Position numbers and translations under genes: made by a program. A stretch of 63,979 nucleotides of DNA, filler included, from Octopus bimaculoides (lineage: Eukaryota), in the NCBI RefSeq assembly GCF_001194135.2. It is 5 parts of 5 records of this genome, joined end to end, with 100 filler letters (N's around TTAATTAATTAA, not from the genome) between each part and the next. Parts side by side here need not be neighbours in the genome. Positions count along the whole stretch, not along the records: positions 28,111 to 51,159 come from NC_069009.1; 4 more parts are not named here. One strand, given 5' to 3'. This document shows positions 29,117-40,797 of this stretch, in pieces. Positions within the stretch are counted from its first letter, which is position 1. Every line of letters begins with the position of its first letter. A model generated the notes under the pieces. The model worked only from the letters and a program-made list of their open reading frames with translations. It was not told the origin of the DNA and searched no databases.

Positions 29117-29195
29117 GTTTTCCACAAGATCATCACCACAGGTCATCAACGTCTTCAACCACTCTTTGATTGCTTACTCACGATTATTGTCAATG
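29117..29195 (+). CDS. HID1: HID1 exon
   Basis: ttgcag|VFHKIITTGHQRLQPLFDCLLTIIVN+G|gtaca; continues the previous exon in phase. Confidence 0.95.
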
Positions 29196-30300
29196 GTACA
29201 GAACTTTGTTCCTCTTCTTACTTGCTCCCACTTTGCCAGCTTGTTTATTTTTTTGTGGTGAGACAAAACCTGTTAAGCCTAAACTTAACCCGTTTTGTCT
29301 CACCACCCAAAAATCCTCTCTTTGCCTTGTCAGTTTTATATGTATATGACCTATAGTTATCATGGGTAAGTGTCTTCAACTATAGCTCTGGGCTGATCAA
29401 ACATTGTGAGTGGACTTAGTAGACAAGCTGAAATATACCAATCCTCTATGTATGTGTGTGTGTGTGTGTTGGCTCCCACCCTGGCATCCGAAACTCAGAG
29501 TTTTATCATGGCTACCGAATAAGTGTCACATATTTTTACAGATANNNNNNNNNNNNNNNNNNNNNNNNNNNNNNNNNNNNNNNNNNNNNNNNNNNNNNNN
29601 NNNNNNNNNNNNNNNNNNNNNNNNNNNNNNNNNNNNNNNNNNNNNNNNNNNNNNNNNNNNNNNNNNNNNNNNNNNNNNNNNNNNNNNNNNNNNNNNNNNN
29701 NNNNNNNNNNNNNNNNNNNNNNNNNNNNNNNNNNNNNNNNNNNNNNNNNNNNNNNNNNNNNNNNNNNNNNNNNNNNNNNNNNNNNNNNNNNNNNNNNNNN
29801 NNNNNNNNNNNNNNNNNNNNNNNNNNNNNNNNNNNNNNNNNNNNNNNNNNNNNNNNNNNNNNNNNNNNNNNNNNNNNNNNNNNNNNNNNNNNNNNNNNNN
29901 NNNNNNNNNNNNNNNNNNNNNNNNNNNNNNNNNNNNNNNNNNNNNNNNNNNNNNNNNNNNNNNNNNNNNNNNNNNNNNNNNNNNNNNNNNNNNNNNNNNN
30001 NNNNNNNNNNNNNNNNNNNNNNNNNNNNNNNNNNNNNNNNNNNNNNNNNNNNNNNNNNNNNNNNNNNNNNNNNNNNNNNNNNNNNNNNNNNNNNNNNNNN
30101 NNNNNNNNNNNNNNNNNNNNNNNNNNNNNNNNNNNNNNNNNNNNNNNNNNNNNNNNNNNNNNNNNNNNNNNNNNNNNNNNNNNNNNNNNNNNNNNNNNNN
30201 NNNNNNNNNNNNNNNNNNNNNNNNNNNNNNNNNNNNNNNNNNNNNNNNNNNNNNNNNNNNNNNNNNNNNNNNNNNNNNNNNNNNNNNNNNNNNNNNNNNN

Positions 30301-30640
30301 GCGATACTGGCAACGGCCACGCTCAAAATGGTGCATCTTATGTGCCACCCGCACAAGAGCCAGTCCAGGGGCACTGGCAACGATCTTACTTGGCTTGCCG
30401 GGTCTTCTCACGCACAGCACATTTCCAAAGGTCTCGGTCAGTAGTCATCGCCTCGGTGAGGCCCAATGTACGAAGGTCTTGCCTCACCACCTCAGCCCAG
30501 GTCTTCCTGGGCCTACCTCTTCCACGGGTTCCCTCAACTGTTAGGGAGTGGCACTTTTTCACGCAGCTATCCTCATCCATTCTCACCACATGTCCATACC
30601 AGCGCAATCGTCTCTCTTGCACACCACAACTGAGTGTTTG
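30301..30640 (-). mobile_element. RTE-clade LINE 3' end (ORF C-terminus + start of 3' UTR) in HID1 intron
   Basis: QERRLRWYGHVVRMDEDSCVKKC...VEGTRGRGRPRKTWAEVVRQDL...DRDLWK is the RTE C-terminal signature; the UTR runs into the N gap. Confidence 0.88.
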
Positions 30641-31014
30641 AATGGTGATTCAAAATTGCCTTTCACTTTACCATTTATATGTAAGTTTATTGATATATAT
30701 ATCACTGTATAAATTTATTTATCTATATGTTTGTCTATCTATATTAGTTTTGAAAGCTTTCATGGATTTCTGTGACTCTCTGTCATACATCATAGGCAAA
30801 GGGTAAATCCGAGCTGTTTCCTTGTGAAGCACATTTGCTTATTCTTTTGTTACAATCCAATATGTAGTCTCAGTTGGGGTTGTATGTTAGTTCAAAATAC
30901 ATATTAAGATTGAGAATTATGGAGATATTTGCAGAGTTATCAGCAAAGGAAACACTTGTAATAGTGAATGAATAATACCAAAAAATTTCCAGTTTTCTGT
31001 TTTGTTATAAATAT

Positions 31015-31054
<40 letters not shown>

Positions 31055-31088
31055 GTCTATTGATATATTTTTATGTATCTCATTGCAG

Positions 31089-31150
31089 TGTCCCCTTATC
31101 TAAAGACCTTGTCAATGGTAGCCAGCACCAAGTTATTACATCTCCTACAA
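31089..31150 (+). CDS. HID1: HID1 exon
   Basis: ttgcag|(V)SPYLKTLSMVASTKLLHLLQ|gtaagt; phase 1 in, phase 0 out. Confidence 0.93.
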
Positions 31151-31772
31151 GTAAGTTCCACCNNNNNNNNNNNNNNNNNNNNNNNNNNNNNNNNNNNNNN
31201 NNNNNNNNNNNNNNNNNNNNNNNNNNNNNNNNNNNNNNNNNNNNNNNNNNNNNNNNNNNNNNNNNNNNNNNNNNNNNNNNNNNNNNNNNNNNNNNNNNNN
31301 NNNNNNNNNNNNNNNNNNNNNNNNNNNNNNNNNNNNNNNNNNNNNNNNNNNNNNNNNNNNNNNNNNNNNNNNNNNNNNNNNNNNNNNNNNNNNNNNNNNN
31401 NNNNNNNNNNNNNNNNNNNNNNNNNNNNNNNNNNNNNNNNNNNNNNNNNAATTAGATTCCTTAAGGATCGTTCTTCTTGTTTATATATCCAAAGTTTCAA
31501 ATTTATACATTTAAAAAAGTTAGCGGATGTAAACACAGAGGATTTCGTATTTAACCGAAAATGGTATAGATTTAAATTTGATTTTGTTCGATCAATTCAT
31601 TATGTTTTTTCTAATGAAAATTATTCCTGAGGACGTGAACAACAACTAATATATTTAACTTATTTTAATGGTTAAATATAGTTATACACAGAAATGTTTA
31701 CATTGAATGAATACATGGATATATAAACATCGGTGTTAAATCTCTTTTTTAAATGTATAAATTTGAAACTTT

Positions 31773-31817
<45 letters not shown>

Positions 31818-32072
31818 TACATGCACACATACATGCACACATACATGTACACATATCTGTCTGTCTCTCTCCCTCTGTTTCTCAACTCTCTTTCTCTCTC
31901 CTCTCTCAGTGTTTGTCTATCTGTCTCTTTCCAACTCTTGACTCTCTTTTGTTTCTCTCTGCTTAACTCTAATACTCTCTCTCTATTCACAATCTCTCTA
32001 TTTCTCCTATACTCTCCTCTCTGTCTCTCTCAAACTCACTCTATATCTGTTTTTCTCTTTATCTTTCACCAG

Positions 32073-32175
32073 GCATTTAGTACTCCATGGTTTCTCTATG
32101 CTAGTCCAACAAACCATCATCTCGTGTTCTTCTTGTTAGAAGTTTTCAACAACATCATCCAATACCAGTTTGATG
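32073..32175 (+). CDS. HID1: HID1 exon
   Basis: caccag|AFSTPWFLYASPTNHHLVFFLLEVFNNIIQYQFD+G|gtatg. Confidence 0.95.
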
Positions 32176-32719
32176 GTATGTATTCCCTTTTCTAAATACA
32201 TAAAACAATTATCACACATGACTGTCTCCCCCCCCCATCCCCCAAAAGGCAAAACTATATCCAGACTTCATTTGCACTGATGGTCAACTGCAAAAGAGCT
32301 TTGGCTATTCTTGTCTGGTCAGTTGTATCTGATGATTGCTAAGTCATACGCTCTTTAGGGAGGTCTGATTTTACATGAAACCGTCAAGTAACTTTAAATG
32401 AACAACATGGTTCTTAATATATAATACTGTATTCAAAATTATACCCAGTCTATATTGAATGTGCACTGTTCCTTTAACTTTTGAATGCACTTTAGAGAAC
32501 TGTGAATGTATATGTATGTGTGTGTGTATGTCATTATCAACATCATTCTTTAATGTCCATTTTCTATGCTGGCATAGACCTCCCCTAATTCAAAAAGTTC
32601 CTCCCACCTCTCTCACTGTCTTTCTCTTGTTTTTTTTTCTCTCTCTCCTCTATATAACACCACCACCATTGACGTTATTTGTCCCTGCGACCAAACCAAA
32701 CGTGAACGAAATCCTCCAG

Positions 32720-32944
32720 GTAACTCCAATCTTGTTTACACGATCATTCGCAAACGCAACGTGTTCCATCTTCTGGCCAACCTGCCCACTGAGCACTCGG
32801 CGATCGCACGGGCCCTCAGCAAGAGGGGAAAGAAGCTCTCGCACCCGCCTAGCGAGTCAAAGGAGCCAGAAACAATGGAAGGGGCTACACCAGCTGCCGA
32901 AGCTGAACCAGGGACACTGAAGGTCTCCCTTGCTGCCACCCCAC
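32720..32944 (+). CDS. HID1: HID1 exon
   Basis: ctccag|(G)NSNLVYTIIRKRNVFHLLANLPT...EPGTLKVSLAATP+C|gtaagt; matches the HID1 'GNSNLVYAIIRKR...GTLK.SL.ATP' region. Confidence 0.93.
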
Positions 32945-33366
32945 GTAAGTATCAGCATGAATGACTACATAATCACAGCTATTCATCACTAAATGCTTTT
33001 TTTTTTTGTGATATATTTATATTTTCTGTGTGTTGTTGTTGCTACTGCCATTTCGTAATCCCAGTTAGCTGCATAGCTATGAGTAATCCTATATATGTCA
33101 CACCTCTACCTCGCAAATGTAACCTTTTAGCATTTTAACCAGCCTTATCTGGCCCAAATATTGTGTTCTACATTCAAACTGGCCAGATCCCACCTCTCAC
33201 ACCCACCCTACATTGTCATTCTTAAAATAAACTATCACATCATCAAAATCTTGAAGCTATGAGATAATGCATGATTAATTCAAAGCAATGTGAATAAATA
33301 AGCATTACAAGGTGTATTTGATTAGGGTATTGCAATTTCAGTCTTGTTGTACTTAGTATTGTTGGG

Positions 33367-33640
33367 GTGGAGGTGCAGTGGCCCAGTGGTTAGGGCAGAG
33401 GACTAGCGGTTTCGATTCCCAGACCGGGCGTTGTGAGTGTTTATTGAGTGAAAACACCTAAAGCTCCACGAGGCTCCGGCAGGGGATGGTGGCGGACCCT
33501 GCTGTACTATTTNNNNNNNNNNCGGCAGGGGATGGTGGCGGACCCTGCTGTACTATTTCACCACAACTTTCTCTCACTCTTACTTCCTGTTTCTGTTGTA
33601 CCTGTAACTCAAAGGGTCAGCCTTGTCACACTCTGTGTGA
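33367..33640 (+). mobile_element. tRNA-derived SINE family A copy
   Basis: Family A head and body; contains a 10-N gap with duplicated flanks. Confidence 0.85.
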
Positions 33641-34018
33641 TTTTATATATGTTTATATATGTTTTTTAATCGAAATCTATTAATTGACAATAAACCTATT
33701 TGTTAAATACTGTTAAATGAATAAATGTAAAAATAGATGTTATTTTAAGCAAATATTTATGTATAAATTTCATAAGCGTTTATAAGGGGGTCCCTAAGGT
33801 GAAGCCTGAAATATAAAGGGGTCCGCAAGTCAAAAAGTTTGAAAACCCCTGATGTAATGTATAATATGGTTGTTTGTATTAGTAGTAATAGTTCTTGTTT
33901 GTTCCATCTTTTATTGAGAGTTAGTGTATCTTGGAGTACAGTATCTAATGTATAGTAGATAGTATCAGTGGTTGTAGTTGTTGCTGCTGCTATTAATGTT
34001 GTTGTTGATGTTGTGCAG

Positions 34019-34329
34019 GTCTTGACAAAATGACTGAGAAATCTGCCCCTGATGAGGGCCATCACCAACCGACTCTCAAAGACCTTGCCAGAGGGGCTGC
34101 CACGATGCACAACGTTCAGCCGGCGAACAACATTCAGAATCCCACTGAAGAAGACGAGGAAGAAGAGGAGGGGGAAGAGGTGGAAGGTCGTGAGCAGGTG
34201 CAGGTGGCAGAGAGGAGAGACGTGGAGAGTGAAGAGGACGGGGAGGAGGATGAGGAAGAGGAAGACATGGGAATCGCCAGCCTCGGAATCACTTCCGACG
34301 GCTCAACTTTGAACAAACCCAGCATGTTT
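34019..34329 (+). CDS. HID1: HID1 exon with acidic low-complexity insertion
   Basis: gtgcag|(R)LDKMTEKS...EEDEEEEEGEEVEG...SEEDGEEDEEEED...NKPSMF|gtaagt. The start matches HID1 'DKLTEKS'; the remainder is not recognisably conserved; phases fit both neighbours. Confidence 0.82.
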
Positions 34330-34633
34330 GTAAGTATATCTTGGTATTCTTTTATTTGTTTGTCATTTGACTGTGGCCATGCTGGAGCACCACATTGAAG
34401 GATTTTAATCGAACAGTCGCCTTCCTGGCACTTGTGCCGGTGGCATGTTAGAGAATCATTCAAGCGAAGTCGTTGCCAGTGCAGCTGGACTGGCTCCTGT
34501 GCAGGTGGCACGTAAAAAACACCATTTTGAGCATGGCCGTTGCCAGTACCGCTAAGCATTTTGTCCAGCGCACTAATGATTCTGCCAGCTCATCGCTTTA
34601 ATAATGATAATAATAATAATAATAATAATAATA

Positions 34634-34861
34634 TTGGGTTGTCCGGAAAGTTTGTGCTGATTTATAGTAGCTTACCTTTCGACTTATTTGCCATGAAACC
34701 ACCTCAATTCTGGGAAGAGGGTATTTTCAAGTTAAAGGAAAGATGGAGATGCATTGTGCAACAAATTAGTTCACATTTGGTTGATTAAAAATGTAATGGC
34801 AAGTAATTATTGACCTTTTTCTTTCCTTTAAAAATCGGCACGAACTTTCCGGACAACCCAA
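34634..34861 (+). mobile_element. Internally deleted mariner element (MITE)
   Basis: TIRs ttgggttgtccggaaagtttgtgctgattt / aaatcggcacgaactttccggacaacccaa, TA on both sides; retains transposase C-terminus FWEEGIFKLKERWRCIVQQ...LVD*. Confidence 0.88.
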
Positions 34862-35350
34862 TAATAATAATCCTTTCTACCGTGGGCACAAGGCCTGGAA
34901 TTTGAGAGAAGGGGAAAGCACCCACTACACTCTCTGAGTGGTTGGCGTTAGGAAGGGCATCCAGCTGTAGAAACTCTGCCAAATCAGATTGGAGCCTGGT
35001 GCAGCCATCTGGTTTCACCAGTCCTCAGTCAAATCGTCCAACCCATGCTAGCATGGAAAGCTGACGTTAAATGACGATGATGATGATGATGATTGTCTCC
35101 AGTGCTCAATTAATACTTATTTCATCATCCCTGAAAGGTTGAAAGGCAAAGTTGACCTCGGTGGAATTTGAGCTCAGAACATGGCAATAGGTGAAATAAC
35201 ACTAAGCATTTTATCCAGCACGCTAACGATTTTGTCAGCTCACCACCTTAATAATAATAATAAGAAGAATAATAATGATAATGTTTTATCTGCTTTCTTT
35301 GTATGTTCTCTGATCTGTTTTTTCTCTATCGCTATGTTTTATGTTTGCAG

Positions 35351-35766
35351 CCTTGCTCCCTCTCTCCAGAAAGTCTGACCTCTGCTGGTGGTGATGGTGT
35401 TGGCGTCGGTAGGGGAGGGCACTCAAGTAGCAGCCCTCCTCCTCCTCCACCTCACTTACTGAGGACCGGGTCATCAATGGGCTCAGCTGCTCCATGGGTG
35501 GCCACACCCGACTGGGTGGCCAGCTGGAAACAGAAGCTGCCCTTGCAAACCATTATGCGCATGCTGCAAGTGCTCGTACCCCAGGTGGAGAAGATCTGCA
35601 TCGACAAGGGCCTGAAGGATGAGAGTGAGATCCTGAAGTTTCTCCAACATGGTACCCTAGTCGGTTTGCTACCCGTGCCACACCCAATTCTCATCCGAAA
35701 GTACCAAGCGAACAGTGGAACGACGATGTGGTTCCGAACTTACTTGTGGGGTGTGATCTATCTCAG
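35351..35766 (+). CDS. HID1: HID1 penultimate exon
   Basis: tttgcag|PCSLSPES...WVASWKQKLPLQTIMRMLQVLVPQVEKICIDKGLKDESEILKFLQHGTLVGLLPVPHPILIRKYQANSGTTMWFRTYLWGVIYL+AG|gtaag. Acceptor at 35350 chosen because it is in phase; the AG at 35369 is out of frame. Confidence 0.93.
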
Positions 35767-35871
35767 GTAAGTTTATTGCTCCTTAACATTGTTATTGAGG
35801 GTATATAATAATAATAATAGAAATAATAATAATAATAATACATAATAATAATAATAATTATTATTATATAC

Positions 35872-36208
35872 TACATGACAGCGAAACGGGCTGATTACTA
35901 CCTAGCTCATATACCAGGAAACCCCAAAATGGCTGAAGTTCAAAAGATAGTGCTCATGGGAACTGCCCATATCCTACGTAAAATACTGTCTATGTGATCT
36001 CAAATTTTAAAGCAAACACATAATTTTCTTATGGTTTCTTAAACATTCTCTAGAACAACACTATGTACAAATCCAAATATATGGTACCCTAGGCATAACA
36101 CCTACATGAACTTCTAACTTGTTGTCTCTTGAGGTCTCTAGGTGAGACTTGGATCCAACTTGTACAAATGCAAAGCAAAAGTCAAACATAAAATAATAAT
36201 AATAATAA
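35872..36208 (+). mobile_element. R4/Dong-like LINE, 5'-truncated 3' end in last HID1 intron
   Basis: ADYYLAHIPGNPKMAEVQKIVLMGTAHILRKILSM* is the typical REL-LINE C-terminus; followed by a 3' UTR and (TAA)n; (TAA)n also upstream. Confidence 0.75.
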
Positions 36209-37149
36209 TAATCTTTTCTACAAAAGACACAAGGTCTGAAGTTTGTGGAGAGGGGACTAGTCGATTACATCGACCCCCAGTGTTTCACTGGTACTTAAAT
36301 TATTGACCCTGAAAGGATGAAAGGCAAAGTTGACCTCGGTGAAGTTTGAACTCAGAACATAAAGCCAAATGAAAAATGCTGCTAAGCATTTTTCCCTTCA
36401 TGCTAATGATTCTGCCAGTTTGCCACAGTAGTAATAGTAGTAGTAGTAGTAATAATAATCTTGTGCCGGTGGCACGTAAAAAGCACCCACTACACTCTCG
36501 GAGTGGTTGGCATTAGGAAGGGCATCCAGCTGTAGAAACTCTGCCAGATCAGATTGGAGCCTGGTGTAGCTATCTGGTTTCACCAGTCCTCAGTCAAATT
36601 GTCCAACCCATGGTAGCATGGAAAGCAGACGTTAAGCGATGATGATGATGATGATATATATATATATATATATATATAAACTACACTCTCGGAGTGGTTG
36701 GCGTTAGGAAGGGCATCCAGCTGTAGAAACTCTGCCAAATCAGATTGGAGCCTGGTGTTGCCATCTGGTTTCACCAGTCCTCTGTCAAATCGTCCAACCC
36801 ATGCTAGCATGGAAAGCAGACGTTAAACGACGATGATGATGATGATAATGGTAATGATGATGATGATAATCATTATATTGGTAATGATGATGATGGTAAT
36901 GATAGTGATGATGATGATAACGGTAATGATGATGATGATGGTAATGATAACAGTAGTAATGATGATACAGTTCTATATTTAAAAGATGAGGAATTATTTA
37001 CATTATTTATATTTGATGGATATTTGTCCTCATTTGTTGTTTTGGCTGATATACCCTCCACGGGCATATGGCGTAGTGGTTAAGAGTTTGACTCCAAGCA
37101 GTGACCGGAACAATATTAATAATAATAATAACATTGAAAACTACATTAG

Positions 37150-37275
37150 GAATGAGAACTCTGGTTTGAAGTTTCCCTGAGACACCTGATGAAGGCTGGA
37201 GGGTATATCAGCCGAAATTTGTTAATAACAAACAAGATGAGGACAAATATCCGTCAAATGTAAATAATGTAATGG
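37150..37275 (+). mobile_element. Probable Penelope-type terminal-repeat fragment with degenerate hammerhead-like core
   Basis: gacac-ctgatga-a-ggctg-(10 nt)-cagcc-gaaa-tttgtt at 37181-37223. Confidence 0.45.
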
Positions 37276-37431
37276 TAATGATGATGATGATGATGATAAT
37301 AATAATAATAATAATGTTGTTAGAAGAAAAATGTTCAGCCTAATTTGTAATTTGTAAAAAAAAAATGCTATTAGTATCACAATGTAATTAAATAATTAAA
37401 TTCCTCATTTTAAAAATATTTTTCTTTACAG

Positions 37432-37495
37432 GAATGTTGATCCACCAATATGGTATGATACTGACGTGAAACTTTTTGAGATTCAGAGAGTCTAG
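37432..37495 (+). CDS. HID1: HID1 terminal coding exon
   Basis: tttctttacag|(R)NVDPPIWYDTDVKLFEIQRV*; matches the HID1 C-terminus; phase 2 fits. Not present in the ORF track. Confidence 0.95.
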
Positions 37496-37995
37496 TAGTG
37501 AGGGTGTGTATGTGTGTATATATGTATATCTATCTATACATACATATATACATACATTAACACATATTTCCACAAACATTTTCATGCATACACTTAAACT
37601 CATGTGCAAACACTCTTACACATATATATCCTTACATGCACACACATACTGTTATATTTTACAGAAAAATTATTTCAGTAAAGAATCTCTGCTTTCACTA
37701 ATTCTAAAAGCTCTTCAGAAACTAAAATAGTTTATTTTGAATCTGTAAACACTGCAAAATTATTTCAGAGCATTTCTTTGTGATTCACACATTCAGAACA
37801 CACTCAATTCATAATAGTTTAAATAATTTCTCCACAAAATATGATGTCAAAGATTTAGAGACAGAAATAGTAATTAAACGATGACGTTCCATTTTAATTA
37901 GCTGAAAACAAATTTGATCTCATAATCATATGCCAGTATTTAAATGTACATACATACTAGTGTAATAAATATGAAATAAATAAAATGATATATGG

Positions 37996-38034
<39 letters not shown>

Positions 38035-39175
38035 TATATACATACATATATATATATACACACACACACACACACGTCTGTGGGTGTCTGTAAAATGGTG
38101 TGCTTTGTATGCACAATAAATAACTGATTGTATTAGAGCTGAATGTAATTTATTGCAGTTAACTCCTAAATTCACTTGTATGAATTCATAACCATGTACA
38201 TTGTTGCATCCATTGTAAGTATTGGCTATAATGGATGAATAGAGCAAAACATGTTAAAAGGAATGATGGAAAACTTCATCAATGATATATCAGGAATGTT
38301 TCTTTTTTTTTTTTTTGTCATTTTGTTCTTTTATTTATATNNNNNNNNNNNNNNNNNNNNNNNNNNNNNNNNNNNNNNNNNNNNNNNNNNNNNNNNNNNN
38401 NNNNNNNNNNNNNNNNNNNNNNNNNNNNNNNNNNNNNNNNNNNNNNNNNNNNNNNNNNNNNNNNNNNNNNNNNNNNNNNNNNNNNNNNNNNNNNNNNNNN
38501 NNNNNNNNNNNNNNNNNNNNNNNNNNNNNNNNNNNNNNNNNNNNNNNNNNNNNNNNNNNNNNNNNNNNNNNNNNNNNNNNNNNNNNNNNNNNNNNNNNNN
38601 NNNNNNNNNNNNNNNNNNNNNNNNNNNNNNNNNNNNNNNNNNNNNNNNNNNNNNNNNNNNNNNNNNNNNNNNNNNNNNNNNNNNNNNNNNNNNNNNNNNN
38701 NNNNNNNNNNNNNNNNNNNNNNNNNNNNNNNNNNNNNNNNNNNNNNNNNNNNNNNNNNNNNNNNNNNNNNNNNNNNNNNNNNNNNNNNNNNNNNNNNNNN
38801 NNNNNNNNNNNNNNNNNNNNNNNNNNNNNNNNNNNNNNNNNNNNNNNNNNNNNNNNNNNNNNNNNNNNNNNNNNNNNNNNNNNNNNNNNNNNNNNNNNNN
38901 NNNNNNNNNNNNNNNNNNNNNNNNNNNNNNNNNNNNNNNNNNNNNNNNNNNNNNNNNNNNNNNNNNNNNNNNNNNNNNNNNNNNNNNNNNNNNNNNNNNN
39001 NNNNNNNNNNNNNNNNNNNNNNNNNNNNNNNNNNNNNNNNNNNNNNNNNNNNNNTTTTTTTGTTATATTTCTGCTGCTTTTAAATGAAGCATATTACTCT
39101 ACCTCTGGTATTTGAGTACTCTTTTTTCCACCTTGTTGCACATTTCATGTGCTTACTCCGGTATATATATATATA

Positions 39176-39545
39176 GGCATAACCATGGCTGTGTGGTAAG
39201 AAGCTTGCTTCCCAACCACATGTTTCTGGGTTCAGTCCTGCTGTGTGGCATCTTCGGCAAGTGTCTTCTGCTATAGCCTTGGGCTGACTTAAGCCTTGTG
39301 AGTAGATTTTGGTAGATGGAAGCTGGAAGAAACCTGTTGTATGTATATACATATATATATATGTGTGTGTGTGTCTGTATTTGTTCCCCTACCATCACTT
39401 GGCAACTGATGCGGGTGTTTTTACATCTCCATAACCTAGCGGTTCAGCAAAAGAGCCCGATAGAATAAGTACTAGGCTTGATTTGTTCGACTAAAAATGG
39501 TGCTCCAGCATGACCACAGTCAAATGACTGAAACAAGTAAAAGAA
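39176..39545 (+). mobile_element. tRNA-derived SINE family B
   Basis: Head ggctgtgtggtaagaagcttgcttcccaaccacatg...gggttcagtcc, body ...ggcaagtgtcttctgctatagcc..., internal (TA/TG)n, tail ...ccacagtcaaatgactgaaacaagtaaaagaata. Other copies 13794-13945, 18492-18650, 39565-39726, 40545-40735, 44685-44950; tail fragments 34345-34400(-), 47812-47860(-), 55497-55535. Confidence 0.8.
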
Positions 39546-39720
39546 TAAATGAATAAAAGAATAGACGCAGGTGTGGCTGTGTGGTAAGAAGTTTGCTTCT
39601 CAACAACATGGTTCTGGGTTCAGTCCCACAGTATGGCATCTTGGACAAGTGTCTTCTATCATAGTCTTGACCTGAACAAAGCCTTTTGAGTGGATTTGGT
39701 TGACAGAAACTGAAAAAAGC

Positions 39721-39760
<40 letters not shown>

Positions 39761-40762
39761 GAGCGGTAGTGGTGTCAATTAGACCCAGAGGTTTCAGGTA
39801 ATACTGAATAAGTGCTATGGATAGACCATGGCTCCAGGTTCAGTGATTATGCGAATAAGGGGTCCAACGTAGGTCATATATCAGCGTGTGAATATAAAGA
39901 TTTACTTTTCGTAATGAGATAAAAAAACCAAACCTGCATATCTCACATCTATTTTCATTNNNNNNNNNNNNNNNNNNNNNNNNNNNNNNNNNNNNNNNNN
40001 NNNNNNNNNNNNNNNNNNNNNNNNNNNNNNNNNNNNNNNNNNNNNNNNNNNNNNNNNNNNNNNNNNNNNNNNNNNNNNNNNNNNNNNNNNNNNNNNNNNN
40101 NNNNNNNNNNNNNNNNNNNNNNNNNNNNNNNNNNNNNNNNNNNNNNNNNNNNNNNNNNNNNNNNNNNNNNNNNNNNNNNNNNNNNNNNNNNNNNNNNNNN
40201 NNNNNNNNNNNNNNNNNNNNNNNNNNNNNNNNNNNNNNNNNNNNNNNNNNNNNNNNNNNNNNNNNNNNNNNNNNNNNNNNNNNNNNNNNNNNNNNNNNNN
40301 NNNNNNNNNNNNNNNNNNNNNNNNNNNNNNNNNNNNNNNNNNNNNNNNNNNNNNNNNNNNNNNNNNNNNNNNNNNNNNNNNNNNNNNNNNNNNNNNNNNN
40401 NNNNNNNNNNNNNNNNNNNNNNNNNNNNNNNNNNNNNNNNNNNNNNNNNNNNNNNNNNNNNNNNNNNNNNNNNNNNNNNNNNNNNNNNNNNNNNNNNNAT
40501 ATATATAGTGCATGTGTGTTTTTGTGTCTGTGTTTGTCCTCCACCATTGCTTGACAACCAGTGGTGGTATGTTTACATCCCCATAACCTAGTAGTTCGGC
40601 AAAAGAGATCTATAAAAGAAGTACCAGGCGTAGAAAGAAAATAAGTACTGAGGTTGATTAGTTTGGCTTTAAATTTTTCAAGGCGCTGCCCCAGCATGGC
40701 CGCAGCCAAATAGCTTAAATAAGTAAAAGAATAAAAGAAAACGAAGAAAAGATGTACACACT

Positions 40763-40797
<35 letters not shown>

